Assembly (NCBI GenBank): GCA_049642465.1
Contig: JBAROV010000039.1
Coordinates: forward strand, 5,567 to 69,566
Direction: 5' to 3'
DNA length: 64,000 nt
Source of the DNA: Vicinamibacterales bacterium
GTDB taxonomy: Bacteria; Acidobacteriota; Vicinamibacteria; Vicinamibacterales; 2-12-FULL-66-21
The notes below the pieces were generated by a model. The model had not been told where the DNA came from. It saw only the letters and a list, made by a program, of their open reading frames with translations, and made no database searches. Numbering within the stretch: the first letter of the stretch is position 1; every line of letters starts with the position of its first letter. Both the position numbers and the translations under genes were made by a program. This document shows positions 17,294 through 27,719 of the stretch, one piece after another.

Positions 17294-18643
17294 CTAGTCG
17301 TTCGTGGTCCTGGCGATTGTCGGTACTACGAATGGCGGACGATATTGGTTGCGTGTGAACAGCGCCGTCGCCTCGGGATCACCCTTACAGGTGTAGGTGA
17401 CCGGATCGAACTGCAGTGTTCGCCCCGTCTTGTAGGAGATGTTCGCCAAATGAATCAGCATCGTCGAGATCGCCCCATCCTCAATTTCCGCGAGCTGGTC
17501 TTCGCGTTTACGGCTGCGTATCACGTCGATGAAGTTGACGAAGCCGCCGACTCCTGCGCCGGCTTCCGACTTCGGACCCGCTGCCTGCTCCGGGCCCATG
17601 AACGTCTGCCATCCGCCGGCAGACGTCGCCATATACCCTTTCGATCCGTACCAGATGTTACCGACCGTTTGCCGCGGCTCCGCAGTCGCGCCGGCGGCAG
17701 GTGCCGGCCGCTCCCCAATGCCGGCCTCATTGTTTGTCATCCAGTGGCGCACTTCGAAGACGAGGAGCTTCTTCTTGCCGCCGTCCTGAAATTCGAAGGT
17801 CGCGAGCTGCGTATTCGGCGTCTCCTGGTCGTCGTCGAACAGGTAATGTCCGCCCATCGAGCTGATCTGAGTCGGGTACTTCACGCCAAGCGCCAGACGT
17901 GCCGCGTGCAGCTGGTGCGCCCCCTGGTTGCCGATATCCCCGTTGCCGTAATCCCACTGCCAGTGCCAGTTGTAATGGAAGCGGTTTCGGGTGAACGGCT
18001 TGGTTGGCGCAGGGCCAATCCATAAATCGTACGCAACGTTGGCCGGCGCGGGTTCCTCCTTCGCTCGCCCAATGGTGTCGCGCCACTTGAAGCAGAGGCC
18101 TCGCGCCATGTAGACCTCGCCGATGAGTCCTTGCTGCAACCGCTGCCTCGCCTCGTGGAGCCACGCCTGCGCGCCGGTGCCGTGCTGGACGATGCGGTTG
18201 TATTTGCGCGACGCAGCGATGATCTGCTGCGCTTCGAACATGTTGTACGAGCAAGGCTTCTCGACGAGAACGTCCTTCCCTGCCTGGACGGCCCAGATGG
18301 TCTGCAGCGCGTGATGAAAGTTCGGGGTGGCGAGTGACACGGCATCGATGCTCTTGTCTTCGAGCAGCTTGCGAAAATCCGTGTACGTCGCCGGCCGCTT
18401 TTTGCCTGCCTTCTCGATCATTCGACAGCCGTTTTCGATAACCGACTGATCGACGTCGCAGAGCGCGGCGATCTCCACGTTGGGGATCTTCAGATACGCG
18501 GAAATGTGCGCTCTGCCTCGGCCGTTGAATCCGACGAAGGCGACTCTGACGGTATCGTTCTGACTGGGAAGCGCACTGGCCTTGAGGGCGACGGGCAGCG
18601 TCAGGGAACTCATCAGGAAATGCCTGCGATCCACCTTCGTCAT
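17294..18643 (-). CDS. Gfo/Idh/MocA-family oxidoreductase with twin-arginine signal
   Basis: MTKVDRRHFLMSSLTLPVALKASA (Tat motif), Rossmann motif VAFVGFNGRGRAH. Start at 18643 is preceded by GGAGGAG. Confidence 0.85.
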   Translation of the reverse strand: MTKVDRRHFLMSSLTLPVALKASALPSQNDTVRVAFVGFNGRGRAHISAYLKIPNVEIAALCDVDQSVIENGCRMIEKAGKKRPATYTDFRKLLEDKSIDAVSLATPNFHHALQTIWAVQAGKDVLVEKPCSYNMFEAQQIIAASRKYNRIVQHGTGAQAWLHEARQRLQQGLIGEVYMARGLCFKWRDTIGRAKEEPAPANVAYDLWIGPAPTKPFTRNRFHYNWHWQWDYGNGDIGNQGAHQLHAARLALGVKYPTQISSMGGHYLFDDDQETPNTQLATFEFQDGGKKKLLVFEVRHWMTNNEAGIGERPAPAAGATAEPRQTVGNIWYGSKGYMATSAGGWQTFMGPEQAAGPKSEAGAGVGGFVNFIDVIRSRKREDQLAEIEDGAISTMLIHLANISYKTGRTLQFDPVTYTCKGDPEATALFTRNQYRPPFVVPTIARTTND

Positions 18644-18781
18644 GATCTCCTCCATCGCTTCAGGGTGCCGTCGCACTGGTCAAAAAGGCTGTACGAACGT
18701 GTAGCTTAAATCAGTTCGGGAACAAAGGCATCACCGAGTATGGGCCGCGGCGCTCGAGCCTGCACAGATATTTCGTCGCGA

Positions 18782-21499
18782 TTAATTGTCAGCGCGCGTG
18801 ATGACGAGCGGATCTACAGCCAACGCGCGAAACGCTGGAATCACGCTCGCCAAGGCAACCGCGCCCAGTAGGACGACTGGCGCCGCAAGCCAGATCCACA
18901 CATCGACAGGACTACCGTTTGGAGCCACTCCGCGGAGCAGTCGAACTGCGAGGAGCGACATCAACATCCCGGCCGCCGTTCCCGCAGCCGCGAGCCGCGC
19001 CCCTTCCTCAACGAGTTGACGGATCACGCGCCAGCCGTACGCGCCCAAAGCAATTCGTAAAGCGATCTCGCGGCGACGTTGGCGGGCCGCATCTGACAGT
19101 GCGCTATACAAACCGAGGACACCTAGTGCGACGGCAGTGGCGGCGAACGCCGAGACGAGTAGAGTCGCAATGCGCAAAGGCGCAAGCGCGGTTTGCCGGA
19201 GATGCGTATCCAGCGTTTTCACAATCGGCGGCGAAAAACCACCACGCACGACTTCAAGACGACGTCTCAGTGACGCCAACCAGTCGTCACCGACCCGGCC
19301 GGCGCGAAGGATCAGCGTCATGCGTGGTGTGAAATCCTCAGCCATCGGGTAGTAAATCGCAGGTTCCGCGGCGCGCTGGAATGTCTGGAGCGGGGGCGAC
19401 TGCACAACCCCGACAATTTCCGTCCGCCGACCAGAGCTGTCGATAACCGCGGTGCCGATGGGGTCCCCGCCGAAGTACCGTTCGGCCGCTTGCTGATTGA
19501 CCACCGCGACCCGGCACGCGACCTTCCGCCTCAGAGCGGAAGCTACTGTGGCCTTTTCGTCGCCTCCGGCCTCAGCGGGAAGAATCATGCGGAACCCCAT
19601 CCGGTCGAAATAGTCCGGCGAGACGATGTTGACGTCGAGCACGGCGGTCGCCAGGTTCTGAACCGCAGATGCGCGAACGCGCGATGGACCGAACCAGTCA
19701 TAGGGTTCCCCGTTCTGCTCTGGGTAGTAGTAAAGCGTCGGGAGGATTGGCACGTCTTCACCCTTCCTGCGAGCGGCGACGACGCCGATGATCTCGACGG
19801 GCTGACCGGCCGAGTCGAGGATCAAGCGGCCGGCGGCATTGCCGCCAAACATTTCGTCGGCCGCTTCTTCATTCACGATAGCCACGCGGCAGCTCTGTGC
19901 GGTGTCCTGGATGCCAAACATCCGGCCCGAGACAGGCGGAAGCCTAACGAGCGCGTGCGACTCCGGAGTGAATGCGGTAATCCGGACTGTGACCTCCCGA
20001 AGGGGGACGTTTGCCGGTTCGATCCGGAGGGACTGCCACACGGCTTGCGCGCCGGGCAGGCGTCCCACCCACGTCGACTCGAATACTCCCGCCATCGATA
20101 CCGCTGCGGCCTCGATGTCTTCGAAGTAGCGCAGCCCGACTACCGGACTTGTGTGGACGGTAGCGAGAATTGCGTCGGAAACCTCACGGCCGGGAGCGGT
20201 CCGAAGCGAGGCACGAAATCCCTGGAGAAGAAAAGCGGTCGAGATGACGAGCACGCAACAGCAGGTCATTTGCGCAACGACGAGTCCCGCGCGCAGCCGT
20301 CGCGTGCGACCCGAGGGCCCCGAACTTTCGCGCTGAAGTACCGCCGCGGGGCGATCGGTTCGCATCTCGAGCATGGGTAGCAGCCCGCAGGCGATCGTGA
20401 CGACACCGCACAGAGCCGCGGTCAGAAGGATTCGAGATGCGTCAGGCGCGAAGACGAGATGTTCGGCGTCCTCCTGGAACAGGAATGCGGGAATCACGCT
20501 GGAGGTCCAGAGCGCCAGCAACAAGCCTGATGCCACGCCGGTCACCGAGATCAGGACGCTGTCGCTCAGCAGTTGCCTCGCCAGTTGCCCGCGGCCGGCA
20601 CCAAGCGCGACGCGAACCGAGGTTTCCTGCGAACGAGCAGAAGCGCGGCCAAGCAAGAATGACGCGACGTTCGCGCACGCGATGAAAAACACCGCTGCCG
20701 ATGCAATGACCAGGACGGTGCTCATGCGAGAAAAGCCGTCGCTCATTTCGGGGGTCATTCCCGTGTATCTCGCAACCCCGATCGCGCTGGAGCCGTCCCG
20801 GCTCCCGTTCAAAGCCGCTCGTGCTTGCGCAACGGATACGCCGGACCGCAATCGGGCAAAGATCCTGTAGCTCCGGCTGGTTCGGTCTTCTGTCTCGAGC
20901 GATTCATCCCGCAGCGGCATCCAGACATCAACGGCGCTTCCCGCATACAAGCCCTCGAGCCATTCAGGTGCCACATCATTGACGCGATCGCTAAGGTCAG
21001 CGACGCGAATTTGAGTCCCGCGAACGTCGAGCCTCCCGTTGAACTCGCTTTGCCACAGGCGATGGCTGATGACCGGGCCACCGAGCGCCAGATCGAAAAC
21101 ACCCGCGAGTTCGGGCGTGACACTCGCCACCGCAACGATCGCGGATCGATTGGCGCTGAAGAGCGTGCCTCGAGTCTCACGCGCGACTCCGATCCACTCG
21201 AATACCGCGCTCTGAGCCTTGACGGAGAGGTATTCGTCGTACGAGAAAGCGCCTCCCACGCGCTGCGCATCTGTCACGAACAGGGAGACGACGCGGTCCT
21301 GCTTCAGGCGCAAACCATCCCGGGCAATCAGGCCATTCGCAAAGCCGTGGACGGCTGCATTACTGCCGACACCCAGGGCAATCGAGATGAGCAGCGCCAG
21401 CGTCAACCCGGGCGTGCGGGCGAAGCTTCTCGCCGAGTAGCGGATTTCCTTCAAAGCGACAGCCACCAAGGGATCATCCTGACGCAAGCGGGCGGCCAC
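18782..21499 (-). CDS. ADOP-family duplicated FtsX/MacB-like permease
   Basis: 905 aa. N-terminus IRYSARSFARTPGLTLALLISIALGVGSNAAV. Two MacB_PCD-plus-FtsX halves. Confidence 0.85.
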   Translation of the reverse strand: MAARLRQDDPLVAVALKEIRYSARSFARTPGLTLALLISIALGVGSNAAVHGFANGLIARDGLRLKQDRVVSLFVTDAQRVGGAFSYDEYLSVKAQSAVFEWIGVARETRGTLFSANRSAIVAVASVTPELAGVFDLALGGPVISHRLWQSEFNGRLDVRGTQIRVADLSDRVNDVAPEWLEGLYAGSAVDVWMPLRDESLETEDRTSRSYRIFARLRSGVSVAQARAALNGSRDGSSAIGVARYTGMTPEMSDGFSRMSTVLVIASAAVFFIACANVASFLLGRASARSQETSVRVALGAGRGQLARQLLSDSVLISVTGVASGLLLALWTSSVIPAFLFQEDAEHLVFAPDASRILLTAALCGVVTIACGLLPMLEMRTDRPAAVLQRESSGPSGRTRRLRAGLVVAQMTCCCVLVISTAFLLQGFRASLRTAPGREVSDAILATVHTSPVVGLRYFEDIEAAAVSMAGVFESTWVGRLPGAQAVWQSLRIEPANVPLREVTVRITAFTPESHALVRLPPVSGRMFGIQDTAQSCRVAIVNEEAADEMFGGNAAGRLILDSAGQPVEIIGVVAARRKGEDVPILPTLYYYPEQNGEPYDWFGPSRVRASAVQNLATAVLDVNIVSPDYFDRMGFRMILPAEAGGDEKATVASALRRKVACRVAVVNQQAAERYFGGDPIGTAVIDSSGRRTEIVGVVQSPPLQTFQRAAEPAIYYPMAEDFTPRMTLILRAGRVGDDWLASLRRRLEVVRGGFSPPIVKTLDTHLRQTALAPLRIATLLVSAFAATAVALGVLGLYSALSDAARQRRREIALRIALGAYGWRVIRQLVEEGARLAAAGTAAGMLMSLLAVRLLRGVAPNGSPVDVWIWLAAPVVLLGAVALASVIPAFRALAVDPLVITRADN

Positions 21500-21746
21500 T
21501 GAAAGGTCATGGTTTTACGGGACTGAATCGGACAGCAGCCGTGCGTTCCCGCGCACCGTCGTCCCACACACGGACAACAGGACCATTGAGGGCTGACGAC
21601 TTCCCGTCGACATCTTGACAACCTAAAGGTCAGTGTGCTTCTCTGGTTACCCTAAAGGAGCGGCGGCGGGTCGAAAACAGCTCGAACAACACCGGGAGCG
21701 CTCAGGATCGGATCACGTTGGCAATTACCAGTGTGCTGGAGGGGGC

Positions 21747-24410
21747 ATGACGCTGTTGCACCGCCTCGCGTCTGTATTGGATTGGCTGCTCCGCCGCGAC
21801 CGCGCCGAGCGGGGACTCGATGAAGAACTGCAAGCGTATCTCGAGCTCTCGGCGGCGGAAAAGATGCGGGACGGCGTCTCACCTGCCGAGGCACGGCGCC
21901 TGGCGAGGATCGAACTTGGCGGCCTCGAACAGGCGAAGGAACGGGTCCGGACCTACCGTCACGGCGCGCGCCTCGACGAAATTTTGCGCGACGTTCGCTA
22001 CGCCGTTCGGATGTTCCGCAGAAACCCGGGCTTCACGATCGCCATTGTGCTGACGCTGGCGCTCGGGATTGGAGCCAACACCGCGATCTTCAGTTTGATC
22101 GATGCCTTGATGCTGCGATGGCTGCCGGTGAGGAATCCGCACGAACTCGTACAAATCTCCCTGCAACCCCGCGGTGCCACGCGTCCGGGCGGCGAAAGCC
22201 TCTCGTATGCCATCGTCCGCGCTCTGGCCGAGCGGCGCGACATCTTTGCGGGCGTGACCGGCTTCAGCGCGTCCACCTTCGACGTGGGACTCCCGGGCGC
22301 GGCCACGCGAGTGCGTGGAGCGGTGGTCACTGGCGATTTCTACGACACCCTGGGCCTCACCCCGGTTGTGGGACGCCTGATCACAAAGCAGGATGATGCG
22401 CCTGGCGCGCCGCTGGTCGCCGTGCTCGGTTATGCATTCTGGGAGCAGCAGTTCGCACGCAGTCCGAATGCCGTCGGCCAGATGCTTCGCGTCAGCGGGG
22501 TGCCGGTTTCGGTCATTGGAGTCAGCCCTGCCGGGTTCCTCGGCGCCAACGTCGGAGCCAGGGCAGACCTCACCATCGCCGTCGCAGGCCTCCCGCAGGT
22601 CAATCCCTCGTGGGCATCGCTCCTCGGTCCGGGAAATTTCTGGCTGCGAGTGCTGGCGAGGCCACAGCCGCGACTGTCGAACGAGCAAGCGGCAACACAT
22701 CTCAATGCGACCTGGCCGCAAATGGCCGAGGACGTCATCGCACCGCATTGGCCGGTAAGTCGGCGCAAAGAGATGGCCGAGTCAGTCTTTCACTTCGTGC
22801 CGGGCGGCACCGGCTGGACACGCCTCAGAGAGATCTACGCGAAACCGCTGTTCGTGTTGATGGCAGTCGTCGGCCTGGTGCTGTTCATCGCCTGCGCAAA
22901 CGTGGCAAGTCTGCTGCTGGCACGCGCGTCGACGCGCCGGAGGGAAATGGCGGTGCGGCTCGCCATGGGTGCCGGCCGTGGACGAGTCGTGCGCCAGCTC
23001 CTCATTGAAAGCACCCTCCTTTCGTCGATCGGTGCATCGGCCGGCATTTTCCTGGCGTGGGCTTCGGGACAGTTCCTGATCGATCTGATATCCCGCGAAC
23101 CGGCTGAAATCGTTCTCGACCTGACGCCAAACGCGCACATCCTTGCGTTTACCGCCGCCGTGGCGATGGCGACGGGTATCCTCTTCGGTCTCGCACCCGC
23201 GTCCCAGGCGACGTCAGCCGGACCCTCCACGGCGTTGAAGGACGACTCGCGAACGAGCGGATCACGATCGCGGCTCCTTCCATGGCTCGTGACTGGGCAA
23301 GTGGCGATCTCGCTGGTTCTCCTTGCGGGAGCCACGCTGTTCGTCCGCACGCTGCAGAACCTTCACCATCTCGATCCGGGCTTCACGGCGGAGGGCGTCC
23401 TGCTCGCCGAAATCGACGGCCGGCGGCCGGCGCTTCCGCAGCAAATCATCGACGATCTTCGTCGGCTGCCAGGCGTCGTCTCCGTAGCCTTGACGACGCA
23501 TACGCCCCTCAGCGGATCGACGTGGAGCGAACCCGCTGTCGCCGCAGGTCAACCAATTCCGGAGCGGGACAACGCGCTTTTCGTGGGCGCGGGACCCCGA
23601 TTCTTCGAAACGATGCAGATTCCGTTGCTTGCCGGGCGGGAATTCACCGACAGCGACACGGCGTCCCGGCCAGGACTTGCCATCGTCAACGAGGCGTTCG
23701 CCCAGCGCCATTTCGCCGGCGTCCCGCCGGTCGGGCAGCGTCTCTCCACGCGAATCGACGGGCAACGACGCGATCTCGAAATCGTCGGGCTCGTTCGAGA
23801 CACGCGCTGGAGGGATCTGCGCACCGCGCCATATCCAACGGTGTACGTCGCGTACGCGCAAATCTCAGGCGAGACCTTCAACACGATTGCCATTCGAGCG
23901 ACAGGCGGCCTTGGCCGATTGACCACCGATCTCCGGCAGTCGCTGCAATCGACTGTTCCGGGAGCGTCCTTCGACGTGCATCCGCTTTCGACCCAGGTGC
24001 AAGCCACGCTCGTTCAGGAACGGATGATGGCCACACTCGCGGGCGCATTCGGTCTGCTGGCGCTGTCGCTGGTCTGCGTCGGGCTTTACGGGCTGCTGGC
24101 GTACAGCGTGGCGCAGCGGACGAAAGAGATCGGCATTCGAATGGCGCTCGGCGCGCAAGCGGGATTGGTCGTGCGGTTGGTGCTGCGCGATGGCGCGCGG
24201 CTCATTGCGATCGGCGTTGCCCTTGGGCTGCCGGCCGCTTGGGTGGCGTCGCGCTGGACGAAGTCGATGCTGTTTGGTGTGACGCCGACCGATCCCGGAG
24301 CGATCGGCACCGCGCTCGCCGTGCTGACTGTCGCTGCGCTCGTGGCAGCTTATCTGCCCGCGCGGCGTGCGTCGCGGCTCGATCCATTGACTGCCTTGCG
24401 GCACGAATGA
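21747..24410 (+). CDS. ADOP-family duplicated FtsX/MacB-like permease
   Basis: DVRYAVRMFRRNPGFTIAIVLTLALGIGANTAIFS and a duplicated FtsX architecture. Start set at ATG 21747, which is preceded by GGAGGGGG. Confidence 0.85.
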   Translation: MTLLHRLASVLDWLLRRDRAERGLDEELQAYLELSAAEKMRDGVSPAEARRLARIELGGLEQAKERVRTYRHGARLDEILRDVRYAVRMFRRNPGFTIAIVLTLALGIGANTAIFSLIDALMLRWLPVRNPHELVQISLQPRGATRPGGESLSYAIVRALAERRDIFAGVTGFSASTFDVGLPGAATRVRGAVVTGDFYDTLGLTPVVGRLITKQDDAPGAPLVAVLGYAFWEQQFARSPNAVGQMLRVSGVPVSVIGVSPAGFLGANVGARADLTIAVAGLPQVNPSWASLLGPGNFWLRVLARPQPRLSNEQAATHLNATWPQMAEDVIAPHWPVSRRKEMAESVFHFVPGGTGWTRLREIYAKPLFVLMAVVGLVLFIACANVASLLLARASTRRREMAVRLAMGAGRGRVVRQLLIESTLLSSIGASAGIFLAWASGQFLIDLISREPAEIVLDLTPNAHILAFTAAVAMATGILFGLAPASQATSAGPSTALKDDSRTSGSRSRLLPWLVTGQVAISLVLLAGATLFVRTLQNLHHLDPGFTAEGVLLAEIDGRRPALPQQIIDDLRRLPGVVSVALTTHTPLSGSTWSEPAVAAGQPIPERDNALFVGAGPRFFETMQIPLLAGREFTDSDTASRPGLAIVNEAFAQRHFAGVPPVGQRLSTRIDGQRRDLEIVGLVRDTRWRDLRTAPYPTVYVAYAQISGETFNTIAIRATGGLGRLTTDLRQSLQSTVPGASFDVHPLSTQVQATLVQERMMATLAGAFGLLALSLVCVGLYGLLAYSVAQRTKEIGIRMALGAQAGLVVRLVLRDGARLIAIGVALGLPAAWVASRWTKSMLFGVTPTDPGAIGTALAVLTVAALVAAYLPARRASRLDPLTALRHE

Positions 24411-24423
24411 GCCCTACATCCGG

Positions 24424-25368
24424 CTACTGTCGTCCTATTCCAACCTCCGAGCCCGGAAGCGCGATGTCCGTGACGACGGGATAATGATCCGCCGCCAGGT
24501 TCGTCTGCACATCGATTGGAACGTAAGCGCTGCTGACTGACACCTGAGCGGACGCGAACGTGTAGTCGATGCGGCTCGTGGGATTGCCGGTCAGCCGACC
24601 GGGAGACGTGTTCCCATTGGGATTGTCAGCAGTCGGCACGCCGGCTTGCAGCCAGCCATCGACGAAACGCGCATTGATCGGCACCATTTCAGCCGTCGTG
24701 GGACGAGCGTTGAAGTCCCCGACGAGGACCTTCGATCCTTCGGGCGCGGCATCGATGACAGTTGCGATGACTGCCGTCTGCAACAGACGATCGGTGGCGG
24801 TCGTGTGCAGGTGGGTGTTGTAGAACTGCAGAGGAACGCCGCGCACATTGATCAACGCGAGTGTGAGCCCGCGCTGCTCGTTGTTCCCGGTTCGAGGCAG
24901 CAGCGTATTCGCGCACTCGAGGATCGGGAACTTGCTGAGAATGACCGTCCCGTACTGGTGCGGAACGTTGGAATGCGTGTCCGGCACATGATCGAGGTTC
25001 GGGGCGTAGCAGTAATGATTCATGCCCAGCGCCTCGGAGAGCACTGCCGGTTCGTCCAGGTACGAGCTGCGGGCCCAGAAGCGATCGATTTCCTGCATCC
25101 CGATGATGTCAGGGTTGTGCGCGCGAATGACCTCGATCGAGGCGTTCAGATCGAGATTACAGTCCGGAAACGGCGGCTGGCCGGGAATGCGCGGCGGCTG
25201 GGTGCAGCTCGCGTTCGTCTGACCGTGCTTGATGTTGTAGGTCATGATCCGCAGGGTGCGCGGCTTCGCCTGCGGTTCCTGATCCTGCGCGATCGCGCCA
25301 CTCGGCGTATTTCCAACGATGGCCCAGATCAGCACGGCAACAACGGTCATTCTCGCGGGGCAGCTCAT
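24424..25368 (-). CDS. Secreted endonuclease/exonuclease/phosphatase (EEP) family protein
   Basis: Signal peptide. IMTYNIKHG near the N-terminus and DHYPVVTDI near the C-terminus, which are EEP catalytic motifs. Confidence 0.75.
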   Translation of the reverse strand: MSCPARMTVVAVLIWAIVGNTPSGAIAQDQEPQAKPRTLRIMTYNIKHGQTNASCTQPPRIPGQPPFPDCNLDLNASIEVIRAHNPDIIGMQEIDRFWARSSYLDEPAVLSEALGMNHYCYAPNLDHVPDTHSNVPHQYGTVILSKFPILECANTLLPRTGNNEQRGLTLALINVRGVPLQFYNTHLHTTATDRLLQTAVIATVIDAAPEGSKVLVGDFNARPTTAEMVPINARFVDGWLQAGVPTADNPNGNTSPGRLTGNPTSRIDYTFASAQVSVSSAYVPIDVQTNLAADHYPVVTDIALPGSEVGIGRQ

Positions 25369-25852
25369 CTGTAATAGTCCTCCAGCATGGGTCGCAGCCC
25401 GAGATGATACTCAAGTCGGCGACGCTGTGCGCAAAAGCCGACGATACGGCACCGGCGAAACAGCGTCGAGCCGGGAGGAAAACCATCGTGCGATGGCCAG
25501 AACCTGTCGAACCACGAGATCCCGCAGGTAGCCCCAAAACAGATGGACGGCTGGAACGTCAGTCGCACATGCATCCCGCGGTAGAACCGAGACGCGTCTC
25601 GGCTCAATGTAGGTGGGAAGGACAACGGTTGCCGTGAGCCCGGTATCTACGGTCAGGCGATGAACGAGATCCCGAGGCGTGGGCCATACCAGACTGCACA
25701 ACACGGCGATCGCGAGGACCAGGAATCGATGAGCAGTAGCCATGCGCCACAGGCTAAACGCCACAGTGGAGGCTCGCAAGACGCATCCGGTCGATGGTAT
25801 TCACCGGCGGCGAACGGACGTTTTCAGGCGGCGGATAGCGGCGTCCGCCTTC

Positions 25853-25870
25853 GCGCTTCGCGCTACGGCG
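25853..25870. repeat. Dispersed 18-mer GCGCTTCGCGCTACGGCG, copy A (10 nt 3' of the LytTR gene stop)
   Basis: Identical 18-mer at 30344-30361. Flanks are also similar (GTCCGC upstream, RGGMAGGC downstream). Confidence 0.7.
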
Positions 25871-25879
25871 AGGCAGGCG

Positions 25880-26629
25880 TCAGCGGCCCAGTTCGCGCAG
25901 CACGCGCGAGCGTTGCCGGCTCGCCATCAGGGTGCGGCCCGTGCGAAGCGTGATCTGTAGACGCGATCCATCGTACGGAGTCCACGATGCGACGTGGTCC
26001 AGATTGACGAGGTGCGAGCGATGCACCCGGACGAAGATGCGGGGATCGAGCCGCCGCTCGAGATCTGACAGCGTCAGGTTCACGCGGAACTGTCGCCCGC
26101 CGGCGTGAACGACGACGAAATCATCGCAGGCCTGGAGCCACTCGATCGACGCGACTCGCAGCGGAACAATGCGACCGGCTTCCCGGACGAACAACCGGGG
26201 TACCGTACCTTCGGTCATCACCTCGCGTGCACGATCGACGGTTGCCGAGTCGACCTGGCGTTCGAGTAGCGGACGGGCGCGTTCGATCGCGCGGGCAAAG
26301 CGCTCGCGGCCGAACGGCTTCAGCAGATAGTCGAGCGCCGCCAGCTCGAAGGCGGTGATTGCGAACTGATCGTGCGCCGTGGTGAAGATGACGGCTGGCG
26401 TGTGGCGAACGCGCGTGAGCACGTCGATGCCGGAACAGCCGGGGAGTTGAACGTCGAGGAACACGAGATCCGGCTGCAGTTCGTCGATCGCCGCGATCGC
26501 CGCCCGCCCAGTCGTTGCTTCGCCGACGCAGTGCAGCCAGGCCACGTCTCGAATCAGTTCGCGCAGCCGCCGGCGTGCGAGCGGCTCGTCTTCGACAATC
26601 AGTGCGGTGATCGATGGCGTTGCGTTCAT
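25880..26629 (-). CDS. LytTR-family response regulator
   Basis: Receiver domain (ALIVEDEPLARRRL...DLVFLDVQLPG) plus C-terminal LytTR domain (FVRVHRSHLVNLDHV). Start at ATG 26629 forms an ATGA overlap with the kinase stop. Confidence 0.85.
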   Translation of the reverse strand: MNATPSITALIVEDEPLARRRLRELIRDVAWLHCVGEATTGRAAIAAIDELQPDLVFLDVQLPGCSGIDVLTRVRHTPAVIFTTAHDQFAITAFELAALDYLLKPFGRERFARAIERARPLLERQVDSATVDRAREVMTEGTVPRLFVREAGRIVPLRVASIEWLQACDDFVVVHAGGRQFRVNLTLSDLERRLDPRIFVRVHRSHLVNLDHVASWTPYDGSRLQITLRTGRTLMASRQRSRVLRELGR

Positions 26630-27660
26630 GCCGCGGACCCCAGGTCTGCGGTCTTCAGTGGCAGCGTGATCGAGACGGTGCATCCGGCCGGATGACTGTC
26701 GATTTCCACTATCGCTCGATCGCCGTACACTGCGGCGAGCCGGCGGCGGACCGAACCGAGCCCGAGGCCGTCGGCCGCACCTTTCGCGCCACGCCCATCA
26801 TCACGAACGCACAGCACAAGACGGTCCTGTTCCAGATCTGCGCGAAGCGTCACGTGACCACCTTCTGCCCGATCGGCGATCCCGTGCCGCACCGCATTTT
26901 CAACGATCGGCTGCAGGATGAGCGGCGGAACCATGATCGACAGCGCGTCAGCGTCTGCCTGTGCGTCGATCCGCAGTCTGTCCCCGAGGCGCAGCTGCTC
27001 GAACGAAAGATAGTTCTTTGTAAACGTCCATTCCTGTGCGAGCAGCACCTCGTTCTCCGTCCCAAGCGCGTAGCGAAGCAGATCGCCCAGGCACTCGAGC
27101 GCCTCGTCTGCGCGCGCCGGATCGCTCGAGACGAGCGCACCCACTGAGTGAAGCGCATTGAAGAGGAAGTGCGGATTGATTTGCGCGCGCAGCGCCACGA
27201 GCTGCGCTTGCTGCGCCAGCAGACGCGCCTCGCTCGCCGCGGCTTCCTGCGCACGAACGCGACGGTTCGCGCGCACCGCATACGACAATCCAGCGATGAG
27301 CACGTACAACCAGCAACCCATCAACAGGTTCCAGATCAGAACCGGTGAGGTGCGAAACGCCTGGGCCGCAGCACCGAAGCGTCCAAGGACGAGATCGGGC
27401 CAGGCCCACGAAACCGAGTAGACAAGACTAAACAGCGTGAGGCCGGCGGCGTGAATGAAATAGAAGGATGCGGAACGCCAGTTCCAATCCAGGCGGGCGG
27501 TCAGGCGCCAGATCGCCACCCCCATGATCGCCGCAGATCCCATCGCCAGAAGACCATAGGGCAGGGTCTCGAGCGGCGACATCCGTCCTGAGGACGCGGC
27601 GGCAACCGCCCAGAACAACGCGCTAGCGAGCCACGCAACGATGTACGCGATCCAGCCCAT
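26626..27660 (-). CDS. LytS/YpdA-type sensor histidine kinase
   Basis: Multiple N-terminal TM helices. His_kinase box INPHFLFNALHSV. HATPase region (PPLILQPIVENAVRHG). Confidence 0.85.
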   Translation of the reverse strand: MGWIAYIVAWLASALFWAVAAASSGRMSPLETLPYGLLAMGSAAIMGVAIWRLTARLDWNWRSASFYFIHAAGLTLFSLVYSVSWAWPDLVLGRFGAAAQAFRTSPVLIWNLLMGCWLYVLIAGLSYAVRANRRVRAQEAAASEARLLAQQAQLVALRAQINPHFLFNALHSVGALVSSDPARADEALECLGDLLRYALGTENEVLLAQEWTFTKNYLSFEQLRLGDRLRIDAQADADALSIMVPPLILQPIVENAVRHGIADRAEGGHVTLRADLEQDRLVLCVRDDGRGAKGAADGLGLGSVRRRLAAVYGDRAIVEIDSHPAGCTVSITLPLKTADLGSAA

Positions 27661-27719
27661 GGCGAAGAACCTCGGGACGGTTCGGATCGTGGCACGCGCG
27701 TCTTGCGCTGTCCAGTTAT

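Noticed and set aside
21633-21746. Upstream extension of the second ADOP permease ORF.
   Set aside because: It is not ADOP-like. ATG 21747 has a strong SD and gives the family-typical N-terminus.
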